Origin: Candidatus Latescibacterota bacterium
GTDB lineage: Bacteria > Latescibacterota > UBA2968 > UBA8231
Assembly: GCA_963422735.1 (NCBI GenBank)
Contig: OY730476.1
Coordinates: 1,760,001-1,824,000 of the forward strand
DNA: 64,000 nucleotides
Direction: 5' to 3'
Of the stretch, positions 51,798-61,131 are shown one piece after another (positions within the stretch are counted from its first letter, which is position 1; each line of letters begins with the position of its first letter). The notes under the pieces are model-generated. The model was not told the origin of the DNA, searched no databases, and worked only from the letters and a program-made list of their open reading frames with translations. The position numbers and the translations under genes were made by a program.

Positions 51798-52948
51798 AAT
51801 GCAGCGTCCTTTGGGGTTGGGCGGCTGGGCAGGAAGAAGGCCAAGCCGGCGGTCAATATCGGCAGCAGGGCGAGGTATTTCAAAGTCTCAGCGACGCCGA
51901 TCTGGTCGCCAAAATGGCCGATCAGCGGCAGCGCAAGGCTGGCCAAACCCCAGCTAAAGCCCAGCGGCAGGCTGGAGACCAAGCCGGTATTTTTCGGCGA
52001 AAACTCTTGGGCCAAGGCGACCATAATCGAGTTGGAAGACAGCAACAGACCGCCGCCCACAAAAAGCAGGGCATAGCTGGCCAGCATTCCCTCGACATAG
52101 ATAAAGGCGTAGAGCGGCGGCACCGAACACAGCAGCGATCCCCAGACCAGCGGTTTAGGATCGACGCGGTCGGCCAAGTAGCCAACGACGAGCGCGCCGA
52201 CCACGCCGGCGATATTGTAGATTCCCAAGGGGATGCCGCCAGCGACCAGACCGAGACCGCGCTCCTCGGCCATGAGCGTCAAAAACGTGCCAAAGCCCAG
52301 CCCCGATACCGAGCGCAAGATGACGATCGCGGTGATCAGCACGAGGGGACCGGCTTGGCTGCCAAGACTGCGCCACTGGGCCGAGCTTCTGCCGTGGGAA
52401 AAGTTGGGGTTGCCGAGCGGCACCGCACGGCAGAGGAGCAGGAGGAACAACAGGCCGGGAATGGAGAGGTACGGCAGGGCGGCCAGCCCGAAGGAGTTGG
52501 CGTAGATAGGTGCCCACAGCGGCGTTAGACCCAGCCCCAGCGTCCCGCCAAAGATAAAAAGTGCCAAGCCGAAAGAGCGGCGCGGACCGCTGAGTTCGCC
52601 GGCCAGCGAAAAGACTTGGGGGTGGAAAGCGGCGACCCCGATCCCTCCCAGCGTTAGGATGCCGACGAGAGTCAGGTAATTGGATGCCAGCCCCATGAGC
52701 GGAGAGAAAATGGTCGCCAAGGCCAAGCCACCGACGATCAGCCAGCGCCAGGCCATGCGGTCGGCCCACAAGCCCATGAGAGGCTGGCTGATATTGCATA
52801 TAGAAACGATGGAACCCAAAAACCCGACCTGCGCCAAGCTCAGCCCCAAGTTGGCCTTGATCAGGGGCAAGAGCGGGGCCAACATTGTGGCGTAGCTATC
52901 GACGCAAAAGTGCGAGAGCGTAATGAGGAACAGGCGGAGTTTTTGCAT
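51794..52948 (-). CDS. MFS transporter (Fsr-like)
   Basis: HFCVD, QPLMGLWADR, GVAAFHP, ~12 TM segments. Confidence 0.9.
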   Translation of the reverse strand: MQKLRLFLITLSHFCVDSYATMLAPLLPLIKANLGLSLAQVGFLGSIVSICNISQPLMGLWADRMAWRWLIVGGLALATIFSPLMGLASNYLTLVGILTLGGIGVAAFHPQVFSLAGELSGPRRSFGLALFIFGGTLGLGLTPLWAPIYANSFGLAALPYLSIPGLLFLLLLCRAVPLGNPNFSHGRSSAQWRSLGSQAGPLVLITAIVILRSVSGLGFGTFLTLMAEERGLGLVAGGIPLGIYNIAGVVGALVVGYLADRVDPKPLVWGSLLCSVPPLYAFIYVEGMLASYALLFVGGGLLLSSNSIMVALAQEFSPKNTGLVSSLPLGFSWGLASLALPLIGHFGDQIGVAETLKYLALLPILTAGLAFFLPSRPTPKDAAL

Positions 52949-52957
52949 TTGCCTAGT

Positions 52958-54175
52958 CTAAGCCGTACCCTCCGAGCCGTCCAGACGGCGGCAGAGACCA
53001 AAAGCACCGAGAGCACCGAGCACCGCGAGGGCCGTGCCGAGATAGAAGGGTAGGGCGGCATGTATCTCGATCAGGTAGCCGCCGAGCAGGCTACCGACCA
53101 CCATCGAGCCACTCCAAGCGAGGTGGCCCAAGCCGACGAGGCGGTTTTTTTCATCGGCAGCGGCGACATCGTTGATGAGCCGGGGAATCAGCGTCGAGAC
53201 GGCCCAAGCAGTGCCCGTGAGGGCGGTGCCGCAGGCAAAGAGGCCAACGAGGGAGTCGTACAAAAAACAAAGCCCCAAGGCACTGAGGAAAATGCCAAAC
53301 GCCGAGCCGAGCAGCGGTGCGGTGCGGCCAAAGCGGTCGTTGAGATAACCGACGCTGAGCTGGCAGCAGGCCGCCACCACCAACGAGAGAGAGGCAAAAT
53401 ACGCGGGCAGGGCCTCGCTTTCGCCAACTCGGTAGATCAACAGGGGCAGGGCCAGCGTCGCCATGCCCCAGAAGGTGGTGATGGTCAGGCGCAGGCTGAG
53501 CAGGAGGTGCACATTGCCGCGGCCCAAAAGCGGGCGATAGGCCGTCCACGCATTGAGGCGCGCCGTCTGCGCCGTGGTGGGGGCGGGCGCGTCGCTGGGC
53601 AACAGCGCAAAAGCTAGGGCGATTACCGCGATCATGCCGATGCTCATGGCGGCCCCGATCTGGGCGAAGGAATAGGCGGTTTTGACCAAGCCAGTACAGA
53701 AGCTGCCAAGCGCGTTGCCGAGCGTATTGCTGAGAAAGTAGAGGGCACCGCCCAAACCGAGTCGAGCGGGAGAGACGGCGGCGATGAGGACGCTCTGCCC
53801 GGCGGTGGACCAAGGGCCGCTGGCCGCGCCCATCGCCAAAAGTAGGCACGAGAGCCCCCAAGGATCTGCGGTGCGAAAGACTAAGCCGGTGAGTGCGCTG
53901 CCGACGAGGCCGATCATCAGGGTCGCCTTGCGGCCAAAGCGGTCGCAGAGCCGGCCGGCGACGACGGCAAATATCCCGCCTAGGAGCAGCATTAGTGCGC
54001 GCAGATAGCCGGTAAACCACGGGGGCCGCGCCAAGTCGGCTTCGATATAGACGGGAAAGAGTGCTTGGAAGGGGGCGGAGAGGAAGCTGTCGAGAAAGTA
54101 GATCAAACAAAGGGCGAGGAAGGCGCGGCTGAGCAGCCCACCTTCCTCGCCCGCGGTCGCAGAAGCTGAGTCCAA
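52958..54175 (-). CDS. MFS transporter
   Basis: GRLCDRFGRK and GYLNDRFGR motif A, ~12 TM segments. Confidence 0.9.
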   Translation of the reverse strand: MDSASATAGEEGGLLSRAFLALCLIYFLDSFLSAPFQALFPVYIEADLARPPWFTGYLRALMLLLGGIFAVVAGRLCDRFGRKATLMIGLVGSALTGLVFRTADPWGLSCLLLAMGAASGPWSTAGQSVLIAAVSPARLGLGGALYFLSNTLGNALGSFCTGLVKTAYSFAQIGAAMSIGMIAVIALAFALLPSDAPAPTTAQTARLNAWTAYRPLLGRGNVHLLLSLRLTITTFWGMATLALPLLIYRVGESEALPAYFASLSLVVAACCQLSVGYLNDRFGRTAPLLGSAFGIFLSALGLCFLYDSLVGLFACGTALTGTAWAVSTLIPRLINDVAAADEKNRLVGLGHLAWSGSMVVGSLLGGYLIEIHAALPFYLGTALAVLGALGAFGLCRRLDGSEGTA

Positions 54176-54178
54176 GGG

Positions 54179-55138
54179 TTATTTCTTGCTTTTGGCGACC
54201 GAATTTTTAAGGACGCCGATCCCGGAGATCTCTATTTCAACCTTGTCGCCGGGTTTCATAAAGGTGCCGGTGGTCGCGCCGACGCCCGATATGGTGCCAG
54301 TGCTGATCAGGTCGCCTGGCTCTAGTGTGATAATCGCCGAGATGTACTCGATGATTTTGTCGACCGGGTAGAGCATCTGGCCAGTGTTGTTGTGTTGCTT
54401 GCGCTCGCCGTTGATGTACGTGCTGATGTCGAGAACCTGCGGATCGGGAATGTCGTCGCGGGTGACGATCCAAGGTCCCTGTGGGGCAAACGTGTCGAGC
54501 CATTTGCCGTTGAGCCAGTCGAACCACTCGTCGCGTGGGCGGCTGTCGGTGCGCTTCTTGATGAGCAACTCGCGCTCGGATACGTCGTTCATAACAGTGT
54601 ACCCAGCCACGTATTTGGGCGCGTCCTTGGCCGCGACGCCCTTGGCCTTGCGGCCGATGACTACGGCCAGTTCGCCTTCCCAGTCGATGCTATTGGCGAT
54701 CGGGGGGATGAGGATGCGGTCATCGGGGCCAATGACAGTGGTTGTCGGCGGCTTCATAAAGACGCGCGGGGTCTCCTTGTCTTGGGCATCCATTTTGCCG
54801 CCGCCTTCTTCGATGTGGTCTTGGTAGTTGCCGGCCAAGCAGAAGACCTTGCGCGGGTTGGGCATAGGAGCGCGGAGGCGGACTTTGTTGAGGGCGTGGA
54901 TGGTCTTGCCGTTGGGTTCTTTGTCTTCGGCATACACCGCGGCCTGTTTGGCGGCGCGCAGGCCCTTGGCACCTGCCGAGAGCAGGGCCAGCATGTCGGT
55001 AAAGAAGGGATGTATTTTGCGCTTTTCTTGGCGGGCCAAGACGCGGTCGGCCGCTCTGAGATCGACGACCACAGAGTCGTCGGCTACAACAGCACCGACG
55101 GATTGTTCGCCAGCGGCAGAGTACGTGACCAATTTCAC
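54179..55138 (-). CDS. Fumarylacetoacetate hydrolase family protein
   Basis: AGNY, DWEGELAVVIG, NDVSER, GKWLDTFAP.GP, LEPGDLISTGT. Confidence 0.93.
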   Translation of the reverse strand: MKLVTYSAAGEQSVGAVVADDSVVVDLRAADRVLARQEKRKIHPFFTDMLALLSAGAKGLRAAKQAAVYAEDKEPNGKTIHALNKVRLRAPMPNPRKVFCLAGNYQDHIEEGGGKMDAQDKETPRVFMKPPTTTVIGPDDRILIPPIANSIDWEGELAVVIGRKAKGVAAKDAPKYVAGYTVMNDVSERELLIKKRTDSRPRDEWFDWLNGKWLDTFAPQGPWIVTRDDIPDPQVLDISTYINGERKQHNNTGQMLYPVDKIIEYISAIITLEPGDLISTGTISGVGATTGTFMKPGDKVEIEISGIGVLKNSVAKSKK

Positions 55139-55227
55139 GGTTTCCTCCTGTGAAAAGGGTTTATGCGCCGACCAAATGGTCGGTCATTGCATTGGTTAAT
55201 AGGTAGGGACCATTTATATTCGTCGTC

Positions 55228-55794
55228 ATGTCAAAAGAATACTTCGTCCATCCTAGCACCTGCGTCGATGAGCCAGTCGCCATTGGCGCGGGAACCCATA
55301 TATGGCATTTCTGCCACCTGATGCCCGGCGCACAGATCGGGCAAAACTGCAATCTCGGCCAGAACGTCTATATTGACCGCGGTGTGGTAATCGGCGACGG
55401 CTGCAAAATACAGAACAACGTCTCGATCTACAAGGGAGTCACGCTTGAAGAAGGGGTCTTCTGCGGCCCGTCAATGGTATTCACCAACGTCGTCAATCCT
55501 CGCTCCTTTATCGACCGCAGGAACGAATTCCAAGAGACGTGGGTGCGAAGGGGGGCTTCGCTGGGGGCCAACTCGACCATTGTCTGTGGGGTCGAAATCG
55601 GTGCTTATGCCCTCATTGGTGCCGGAGCAGTCGTAACCCGCGACGCGCCGGCATACTCGCTGATAACAGGCGTACCGGGGCGGCAAGTGGGGTGGGTGTG
55701 TAGCTGCGGCGTCGCGCTGGGCGATGATCTGGTCTGTGGGGGGTGTGGCGCGCGCTACGTGGAGGAAGAAGGTCGGCTGCGACCGCTGCGTTGA
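55228..55794 (+). CDS. Hexapeptide-repeat sugar N-acetyltransferase (WbpD-like)
   Basis: IWHFCH, CNLGQNV, KIQNNVSIY, CGPSMVFTNV.NPRS, C-terminal Cys motifs. Confidence 0.9.
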   Translation: MSKEYFVHPSTCVDEPVAIGAGTHIWHFCHLMPGAQIGQNCNLGQNVYIDRGVVIGDGCKIQNNVSIYKGVTLEEGVFCGPSMVFTNVVNPRSFIDRRNEFQETWVRRGASLGANSTIVCGVEIGAYALIGAGAVVTRDAPAYSLITGVPGRQVGWVCSCGVALGDDLVCGGCGARYVEEEGRLRPLR

Positions 55795-55872
55795 AGCCCT
55801 CAATCTGTCGGAAACGTTGGCATCTCGAACTTCTCGACAGCCCTCAACACACCCAACGCGGGTCTTAAAAGG

Positions 55873-56033
55873 ACGGAATTTCCTAGTGTACGGTTGGGAA
55901 TTCCGGTTTCACTCGGCATGCCCGTAGCCCTCATCCGGACCAGCGCGGTCCCCCGCGTCAATGTTCCGGGGCCCGTCGCCGGGTACCCATCGCCAAGGGG
56001 GCGGATGGAACTGATCACTAACCACTGATTAAA
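55873..56033 (+). mobile_element. MITE copy E (internal deletion, right TIR missing)
   Basis: ACGGAATTTCCTAG, shared core, CACTAACCACTGATTAAA. Confidence 0.85.
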
Positions 56034-56096
56034 GTCGCCACTCAGTTGAGACGACCGACCCTTTTCCTCCGCCCCAATAACCCCCTCCCCCGCGTC

Positions 56097-56960
56097 CTAA
56101 TCCGTCGGAAATGACAGCGGAAACGTCGGCTCTTGCTCCTGTCGCCGGGTGCGCGACTCAATCTTCATCGCGTGGTATTCCTCGACAAATTCGGCCAAGT
56201 TCCTGCTCGCCTCCTCAAAGACGATTTTGCCCTTCTCGGCCGTGGCCTTCTCCGCCTCGCCCATCACCCCGCTATCCGAATACTGACTCGTCCACTCGAT
56301 CAAGCCCATTGGCCCGTGCCCGAACAAGTCGGTGTACACGAACTTTGAGCCGAGCTTGTTCGTCTTGGCGATCTCGCTCTTGATCTTGTCCTTGCGCACA
56401 CTCTCCGGCGCGAGATACAGCAGCATCGAGGTCTCCAGTTCGCCCGCGTGCGAACAGCCGCCCGGATAAACGCTCTCGCGCCACTTGTCGTCAAAGCCGG
56501 GATGGACCCGGAGCAAATGCCACCACGAGCAAAACGTGCAGCTAGCGTCGGTCTCGACTATCGTGCGCCGAGCGACCATGTCCACGAGATTGTGGTTGGA
56601 ACCGTGGCCATTGACGAGGATCATTTTCTTAAAGCCGTGATAGGCCAAGCTCTTGGTGATGTCGAGCACGTATTGGACGAAGTGCTCGTAGTGAATGTTG
56701 AGCGAACCCGGGAAGTCCATCACGTGGTGGACATAGCCATAGCTCACGGGCGGAAGGACGAGGGCGAGTTCGGGCTTTAGACGCGCCGCTTCCGTCGCCA
56801 CCGCGTTGGCACAGAGGTGATCCACCTTGAGCGGGAGGTGGTGGCCGTGTTGCTCAACCGAGCCAGTGGGTATGATGGGAATTTTGCCCATGGCTACAGC
56901 TTGGTTGACTTCGGGCCAAGTAAGCTCGTCGAACTTGTAAATTTCGGCTACGTCGGGCAT
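56097..56960 (-). CDS. Creatininase family amidohydrolase
   Basis: PTGSVEQHGHHLP..D, NGHGSN, HAGELETS, SGVMG. Confidence 0.92.
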   Translation of the reverse strand: MPDVAEIYKFDELTWPEVNQAVAMGKIPIIPTGSVEQHGHHLPLKVDHLCANAVATEAARLKPELALVLPPVSYGYVHHVMDFPGSLNIHYEHFVQYVLDITKSLAYHGFKKMILVNGHGSNHNLVDMVARRTIVETDASCTFCSWWHLLRVHPGFDDKWRESVYPGGCSHAGELETSMLLYLAPESVRKDKIKSEIAKTNKLGSKFVYTDLFGHGPMGLIEWTSQYSDSGVMGEAEKATAEKGKIVFEEASRNLAEFVEEYHAMKIESRTRRQEQEPTFPLSFPTD

Positions 56961-56983
56961 GGGGTCTCCTCTTACATTTTTGC

Positions 56984-57634
56984 TCAAGACAGGCCGAGCG
57001 TCTTGTGAATGCGGGTAGAGAGACGCCAGCGCGGATGACGCTTGAGTATCTCAAGGGCCTTCTGCACGTAGCGCGGCTCGGAGGATTCGGGCTGCAAATA
57101 GACGTAGTCGGCACGGTGCTCCTCGACGCGCTCCTCGCGGAACGCCTTGCCGACGACGTATTTGAGCTCGGTAATGCGCACAAAACCGGCGACGACTGGG
57201 TAGCATTTCGGCGACACAGTCCAATGGTCAATCAGCTCGAATAGCACCGGATTGGGCGCGATAGTGCCGTTGGTCTCAATGTGGAGCTTGTATCCAGCTT
57301 CTTTGAGCCGACCAGCCAGCGTCGCGAGATTTTGGCCCAAAGGCTCGCCGCCGGTCAAGCACACCCATTCAGCCGGGTGGCGCGCCACTTCGGCGGCAAT
57401 GTCCTCGATATCCATTAGGGTGAAGCGGTCGAACTCTGTATCGCAGAAAGGGCAGCGCAGATTGCAGCGCGCTAGGCGCACAAAGGTAGTAGGCTCGCCG
57501 ACGCGCAGGCCCTCGCCCTCAATTGAATAGAAAATCTCGTTGATCTGCAGGACGCGCCCCGAGCCGCTCCACACGGGCAGACGCTCGGCGCGCTCTTCAG
57601 CGGGCATGTGCAGCGTTGTGTCGCGGGCGGTCAC
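56984..57634 (-). CDS. queE: 7-carboxy-7-deazaguanine synthase
   Basis: EIFYSIEGEG, CNLRCPFCDT, TGGEP, IETNG, VSPK, LQP; adjacent to queC. Confidence 0.93.
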   Translation of the reverse strand: MTARDTTLHMPAEERAERLPVWSGSGRVLQINEIFYSIEGEGLRVGEPTTFVRLARCNLRCPFCDTEFDRFTLMDIEDIAAEVARHPAEWVCLTGGEPLGQNLATLAGRLKEAGYKLHIETNGTIAPNPVLFELIDHWTVSPKCYPVVAGFVRITELKYVVGKAFREERVEEHRADYVYLQPESSEPRYVQKALEILKRHPRWRLSTRIHKTLGLS

Positions 57635-58305
57635 AGCGTCTTCTCCCTAGCGGCATACGCCAACGGATCACAGGCTCGGTTCGCCGCAAAGGCCGCGAGC
57701 CGCTCGCTGCAGGCATCGCACAAACCGCAGGCCGGCCGCAAGCCCTCATAGCAGGTGTGGGTTTCCCCGTAGGGGACGCCGAGTTTGATCCCGAGTGCAA
57801 CGACGTCGCGTTTCCACAGATCGACAAAAGGGGTGTGGATTGCCCACGGCGCGTCGTGGGCAGATCCCAAGCGCAGGCTCTGTTCGAGGCTGTCGTAAAA
57901 GGGGCGGCGGCAGTCCCGGTAGGCCGGATAGTCGTCTTTGACCGGTGCCATATACAGATCAAAAATGCCCTTTGTTGTGCAATATGCAGCCGCTAGCGTC
58001 GCAAAGAGCATGTTGCGGAAGGGGACTACGGTGTCGCGTTGGCGTTTGGTCTCAGCAGTGGGCACGGCCAGCTTGGGGTCGGTCAGCGGGTTGCCCCCTA
58101 GGCCCGCCAGGTCCAACGCGAGCGTCTCGTAGGCCGCGACCTCGGCGCAACGGGCGAGGCGGGCGGCGCATTCCAGCTCGACGCGGTGGCGCTGGCCGTA
58201 GTCAATGCTAATGGCGTGGATGGAGCCTTGTTGCTGCGCCTTCAGCCACCAGAGCAAGGTGGTCGAGTCCATGCCGCCGCTGAGTAGAATTGCCGTCATC
58301 GTCAT
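57631..58305 (-). CDS. queC: 7-cyano-7-deazaguanine synthase
   Basis: LSGGMDS, YGQRH, VPFRN, Y.DCR, CY...CGLCDAC. Confidence 0.94.
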   Translation of the reverse strand: MTMTAILLSGGMDSTTLLWWLKAQQQGSIHAISIDYGQRHRVELECAARLARCAEVAAYETLALDLAGLGGNPLTDPKLAVPTAETKRQRDTVVPFRNMLFATLAAAYCTTKGIFDLYMAPVKDDYPAYRDCRRPFYDSLEQSLRLGSAHDAPWAIHTPFVDLWKRDVVALGIKLGVPYGETHTCYEGLRPACGLCDACSERLAAFAANRACDPLAYAAREKTL

Positions 58306-58522
58306 ATCGTCGTAAAGATAAAATAATAGGCCACCGCGCAAAAAGCGTAAATTAATGGCCAGCGACCAGTCCCAACCCGTCCCCTTGGAATAGCGGCGGG
58401 GAACTAATCACCAACCACTAACCACTTCTATACCTTGCGCGAAGGCGCATCCTGTGTATTGACAGTAATTTGACCCAATTGGATATTCAAAAAATGCCAA
58501 TGTTGTACACGTATAAAGGTAA

Positions 58523-58738
58523 TCGGAATTTCCTAGTTTACGGTTGGGAATTCCGGTTTCATTTAGGCGGTTTGGCTCGGCTGGCCCGTAGCCCTCGTCC
58601 GAGCCAGCGCGGTCCCCCGCGTCGATGTTCCGCGGGGCCAGTCGCCGGGTACCCGCCGCCAAGGAGGCGGATGGGACGGACCACTAACCACTAACCACTA
58701 ACCACTGATTAAACAGCCCTTATTCTAGGAAAGTCCGT
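58523..58738 (+). mobile_element. MITE copy F (both TIRs, no TSD visible)
   Basis: TCGGAATTTCCTAG...CTAGGAAAGTCCGT, CCACTAA x~4; a further heptamer remnant lies at ~58400-58425. Confidence 0.9.
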
Positions 58739-58744
58739 TACGCT

Positions 58745-59407
58745 ATGAGTGAGACGCCCCTGCGCCAAAGCCCCAGTCGGCTACAGCGGCTTTGGCGCAC
58801 GATAATGGCCGGCCTGACGATCATCGCGCCCCTGTGGGTTACTGGCTGGGTGCTCAAGACGCTGTTCAACTGGGCCGACGGCTTCTCCGCGCCGTTAATT
58901 AGCCAAATAGCCAAGCCGTTCGGCTCCCCCGAATTCCACATTCCCGGCTTGGGCTTTGTGCTGACTTTTGTCATTCTGTGGGTCGTCGGCGCCCTCGCCG
59001 CCAACGTGATTGGCCGCAGCCTGTTGCAATACGCACGCGAAGCGTTAGAAGGCCTGCCGTTGGTGCGCACGATCTACGCGCCCGTACAGCAGCTCATGGA
59101 GTCGCTGACCTCCCCGGGCAAGGCCGGCTTCGAAAAAGTCGTACTCGTCGAATATCCGCGCACCGGGCTGTGGACCTTGGGCTTTTTGGCCGGCGATGTA
59201 CCCCGCGAGGCCGAAGCAGCACCGGCGCACAGCATCTTCGTGCCCACGGCACCCAATCCCACCACCGGCTTTATGCTCATCGTGCCGCCCGAACAATTGC
59301 GTTCCACCGAACTCGGGGTCGAAGAAGCCCTAAAGATGATCGTCTCGGCTGGCGTCGTCGTGCCCACGGCCCTTTTCCTTCCTGCTGAAGCTGAAGAGAA
59401 GGTCTAA
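58745..59407 (+). CDS. DUF502 family membrane protein
   Basis: IPGLG, LPLVRTIY, VLVEYPR, FVPTAPNPTTGF, IVSAG. Confidence 0.92.
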   Translation: MSETPLRQSPSRLQRLWRTIMAGLTIIAPLWVTGWVLKTLFNWADGFSAPLISQIAKPFGSPEFHIPGLGFVLTFVILWVVGALAANVIGRSLLQYAREALEGLPLVRTIYAPVQQLMESLTSPGKAGFEKVVLVEYPRTGLWTLGFLAGDVPREAEAAPAHSIFVPTAPNPTTGFMLIVPPEQLRSTELGVEEALKMIVSAGVVVPTALFLPAEAEEKV

Positions 59408-59516
59408 GCCCTTTTCTTGCGATTGTCAGGTGCTTTCGTTATTCTCGCTGAGAAACTTGGGGCACCTCTCTCGCGTCCCAAAAGAAGCCCTTCGTATTAT
59501 TTGAGGAGATGATGCG

Positions 59517-60182
59517 ATGTCGATGTTGCCGTTTTTCATTCTGCCGATGATCTTGGTCGCTTGGGCTCAAATGCGGGTCCGCAGCGCCTTCAACAAGTAC
59601 AGCCAAGTGGCTTCGGCCGCGCGCCTTTCGGGTGCTGAGACCGCGCGGCGCATCCTGCACCAGCAAGGCATCTACGACGTGTCTGTCGAGGAGACGGGCG
59701 GGATGCTTTCCGATCACTACGACCCCCGCGCCAAAGCCGTGCGCCTTTCTTCGGACAACTTCCACGGGCACCATTTGGCCGGCTTGGCCGTGGCGGCGCA
59801 CGAGGTTGGCCACGCGATCCAACACGCCCGGGGCTACGTGCCGCTCAACCTGCGGCACTCGATCCTGCCCGTCGCCAACTTGGGCTCGAAGTTGGGCTTT
59901 CCCCTGATTCTGGCGGGGATGTTCTTCCCGGCCACCGGCCTGATGGATATCGGCATCATGTTCTTCGCCGGCGCGGTGCTGTTCCAAATCGTCACTCTGC
60001 CAGTGGAATTCAACGCCAGCTCGCGGGCCATGGCCATTCTCTCGCAGGGCTACCTAGCCGGCAACGAGGTGCGCTCGGCCCGGCGGGTGCTCAATGCAGC
60101 GGCCATGACCTACGTGGCAGCCGCCGCGACCGCCGTGCTAAATCTAGTATATATGTTGCTCATGCGCGGCTCAGACGAATAA
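59517..60182 (+). CDS. YugP-like membrane zinc metallopeptidase
   Basis: LSDHYDP, AAHEVGHAIQH, TLPVEFNASSRA, AAAMTYVA. Confidence 0.93.
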   Translation: MSMLPFFILPMILVAWAQMRVRSAFNKYSQVASAARLSGAETARRILHQQGIYDVSVEETGGMLSDHYDPRAKAVRLSSDNFHGHHLAGLAVAAHEVGHAIQHARGYVPLNLRHSILPVANLGSKLGFPLILAGMFFPATGLMDIGIMFFAGAVLFQIVTLPVEFNASSRAMAILSQGYLAGNEVRSARRVLNAAAMTYVAAAATAVLNLVYMLLMRGSDE

Positions 60183-60206
60183 TAGCAGGCTCGGCAAGAA
60201 GCTCCG

Positions 60207-60242
60207 AGGCCCCTCGCCCTTGCGGGTGGGGGCCTTTTGTTT
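60207..60242 (+). terminator. Intrinsic terminator
   Basis: AGGCCCC...GGGGCCT stem followed by TTTTGTTT. Confidence 0.7.
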
Positions 60243-60300
60243 ATGGGCTACACCTGCGTTTCGCTATATTATTGTTCCCCTACTACAGGAGAGTGCGAGC

Positions 60301-61131
60301 ATGATTTTGCTGTTATGTGCATTGCTCGCCAGCGCGGCGAGCGCTGGTGCCGATGTGTATTTCGAGGAAGAGGTCGTCAATCGAGGCTTTGGCAAAGACA
60401 AAATTGGAGCGCACAAAACGACCAACAAAATTTACATCAAGGGCATGAGCCAGCGGGTCGAGCAGCAGATTGAGGCCGACGCGAAAACGGCAAAGGCCTT
60501 CCGGCAGCAGGGTCAGTCTCTCAACACCAGCACCATTTTGCGGCTGGACCAAGCGCAAGTGTACGAAATTGACCTGACGGCACAGACCTTCGTCCAGCAG
60601 AAAGCCCCTCCGGCGCGCAAAGCCGTTGCTAAGCCGCAGTCTGCCCCCGGCGGACCGCAGATGGCCCTTGCGGTCAAGGTGCCGGGAGACACGGCGCGCA
60701 TCGCTGGAATTCCCTGCCGGCGGGTCGTCGCGCAAATGCGCACCCGCTACCTCGACCCCAAAACCCAAAAGCTCCGCCGCGAAAACCGCTACACGTACGA
60801 TGCCTGCATTGCCACGCAATTCCCCGGCTTTCAGGAGATCGCAGCATTTATGGACTTGCAGGACGCTAAAACATCTTATCCGTCGCTAATCGGGGGGGGG
60901 CTGGATGGGCTGGAAGATCACGAAGCCCTGAGCGACGGGCTAGAGAACGCCGAGGAACTTAAAGGCTTCGCCCTGCGCTCGACCTTGACGGCTACGGTCA
61001 AGCTCCCTAAAAAAGAGAAGTCCAGCCAAGTGTTCCGCTTAGACCGCAAGATCAAGGCCATGGCGCACGCCCCGCTGCCCGACTCGCTCTTCCATGTGTC
61101 CAAGGCCCTGACCCGCCTCAAATCCGAATGA
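60301..61131 (+). CDS. Secreted hypothetical protein (DUF4412-like)
   Basis: AGGAG RBS, signal peptide, IAGIPC and LPDSLF.V motifs. Confidence 0.65.
   Translation: MILLLCALLASAASAGADVYFEEEVVNRGFGKDKIGAHKTTNKIYIKGMSQRVEQQIEADAKTAKAFRQQGQSLNTSTILRLDQAQVYEIDLTAQTFVQQKAPPARKAVAKPQSAPGGPQMALAVKVPGDTARIAGIPCRRVVAQMRTRYLDPKTQKLRRENRYTYDACIATQFPGFQEIAAFMDLQDAKTSYPSLIGGGLDGLEDHEALSDGLENAEELKGFALRSTLTATVKLPKKEKSSQVFRLDRKIKAMAHAPLPDSLFHVSKALTRLKSE

Noticed and set aside
56984-58420. preQ1 riboswitch or Dpd/Qat defence role for queC-queE
   Set aside because: No preQ1 consensus upstream and no dpdA/qat partners; looks like ordinary queuosine synthesis
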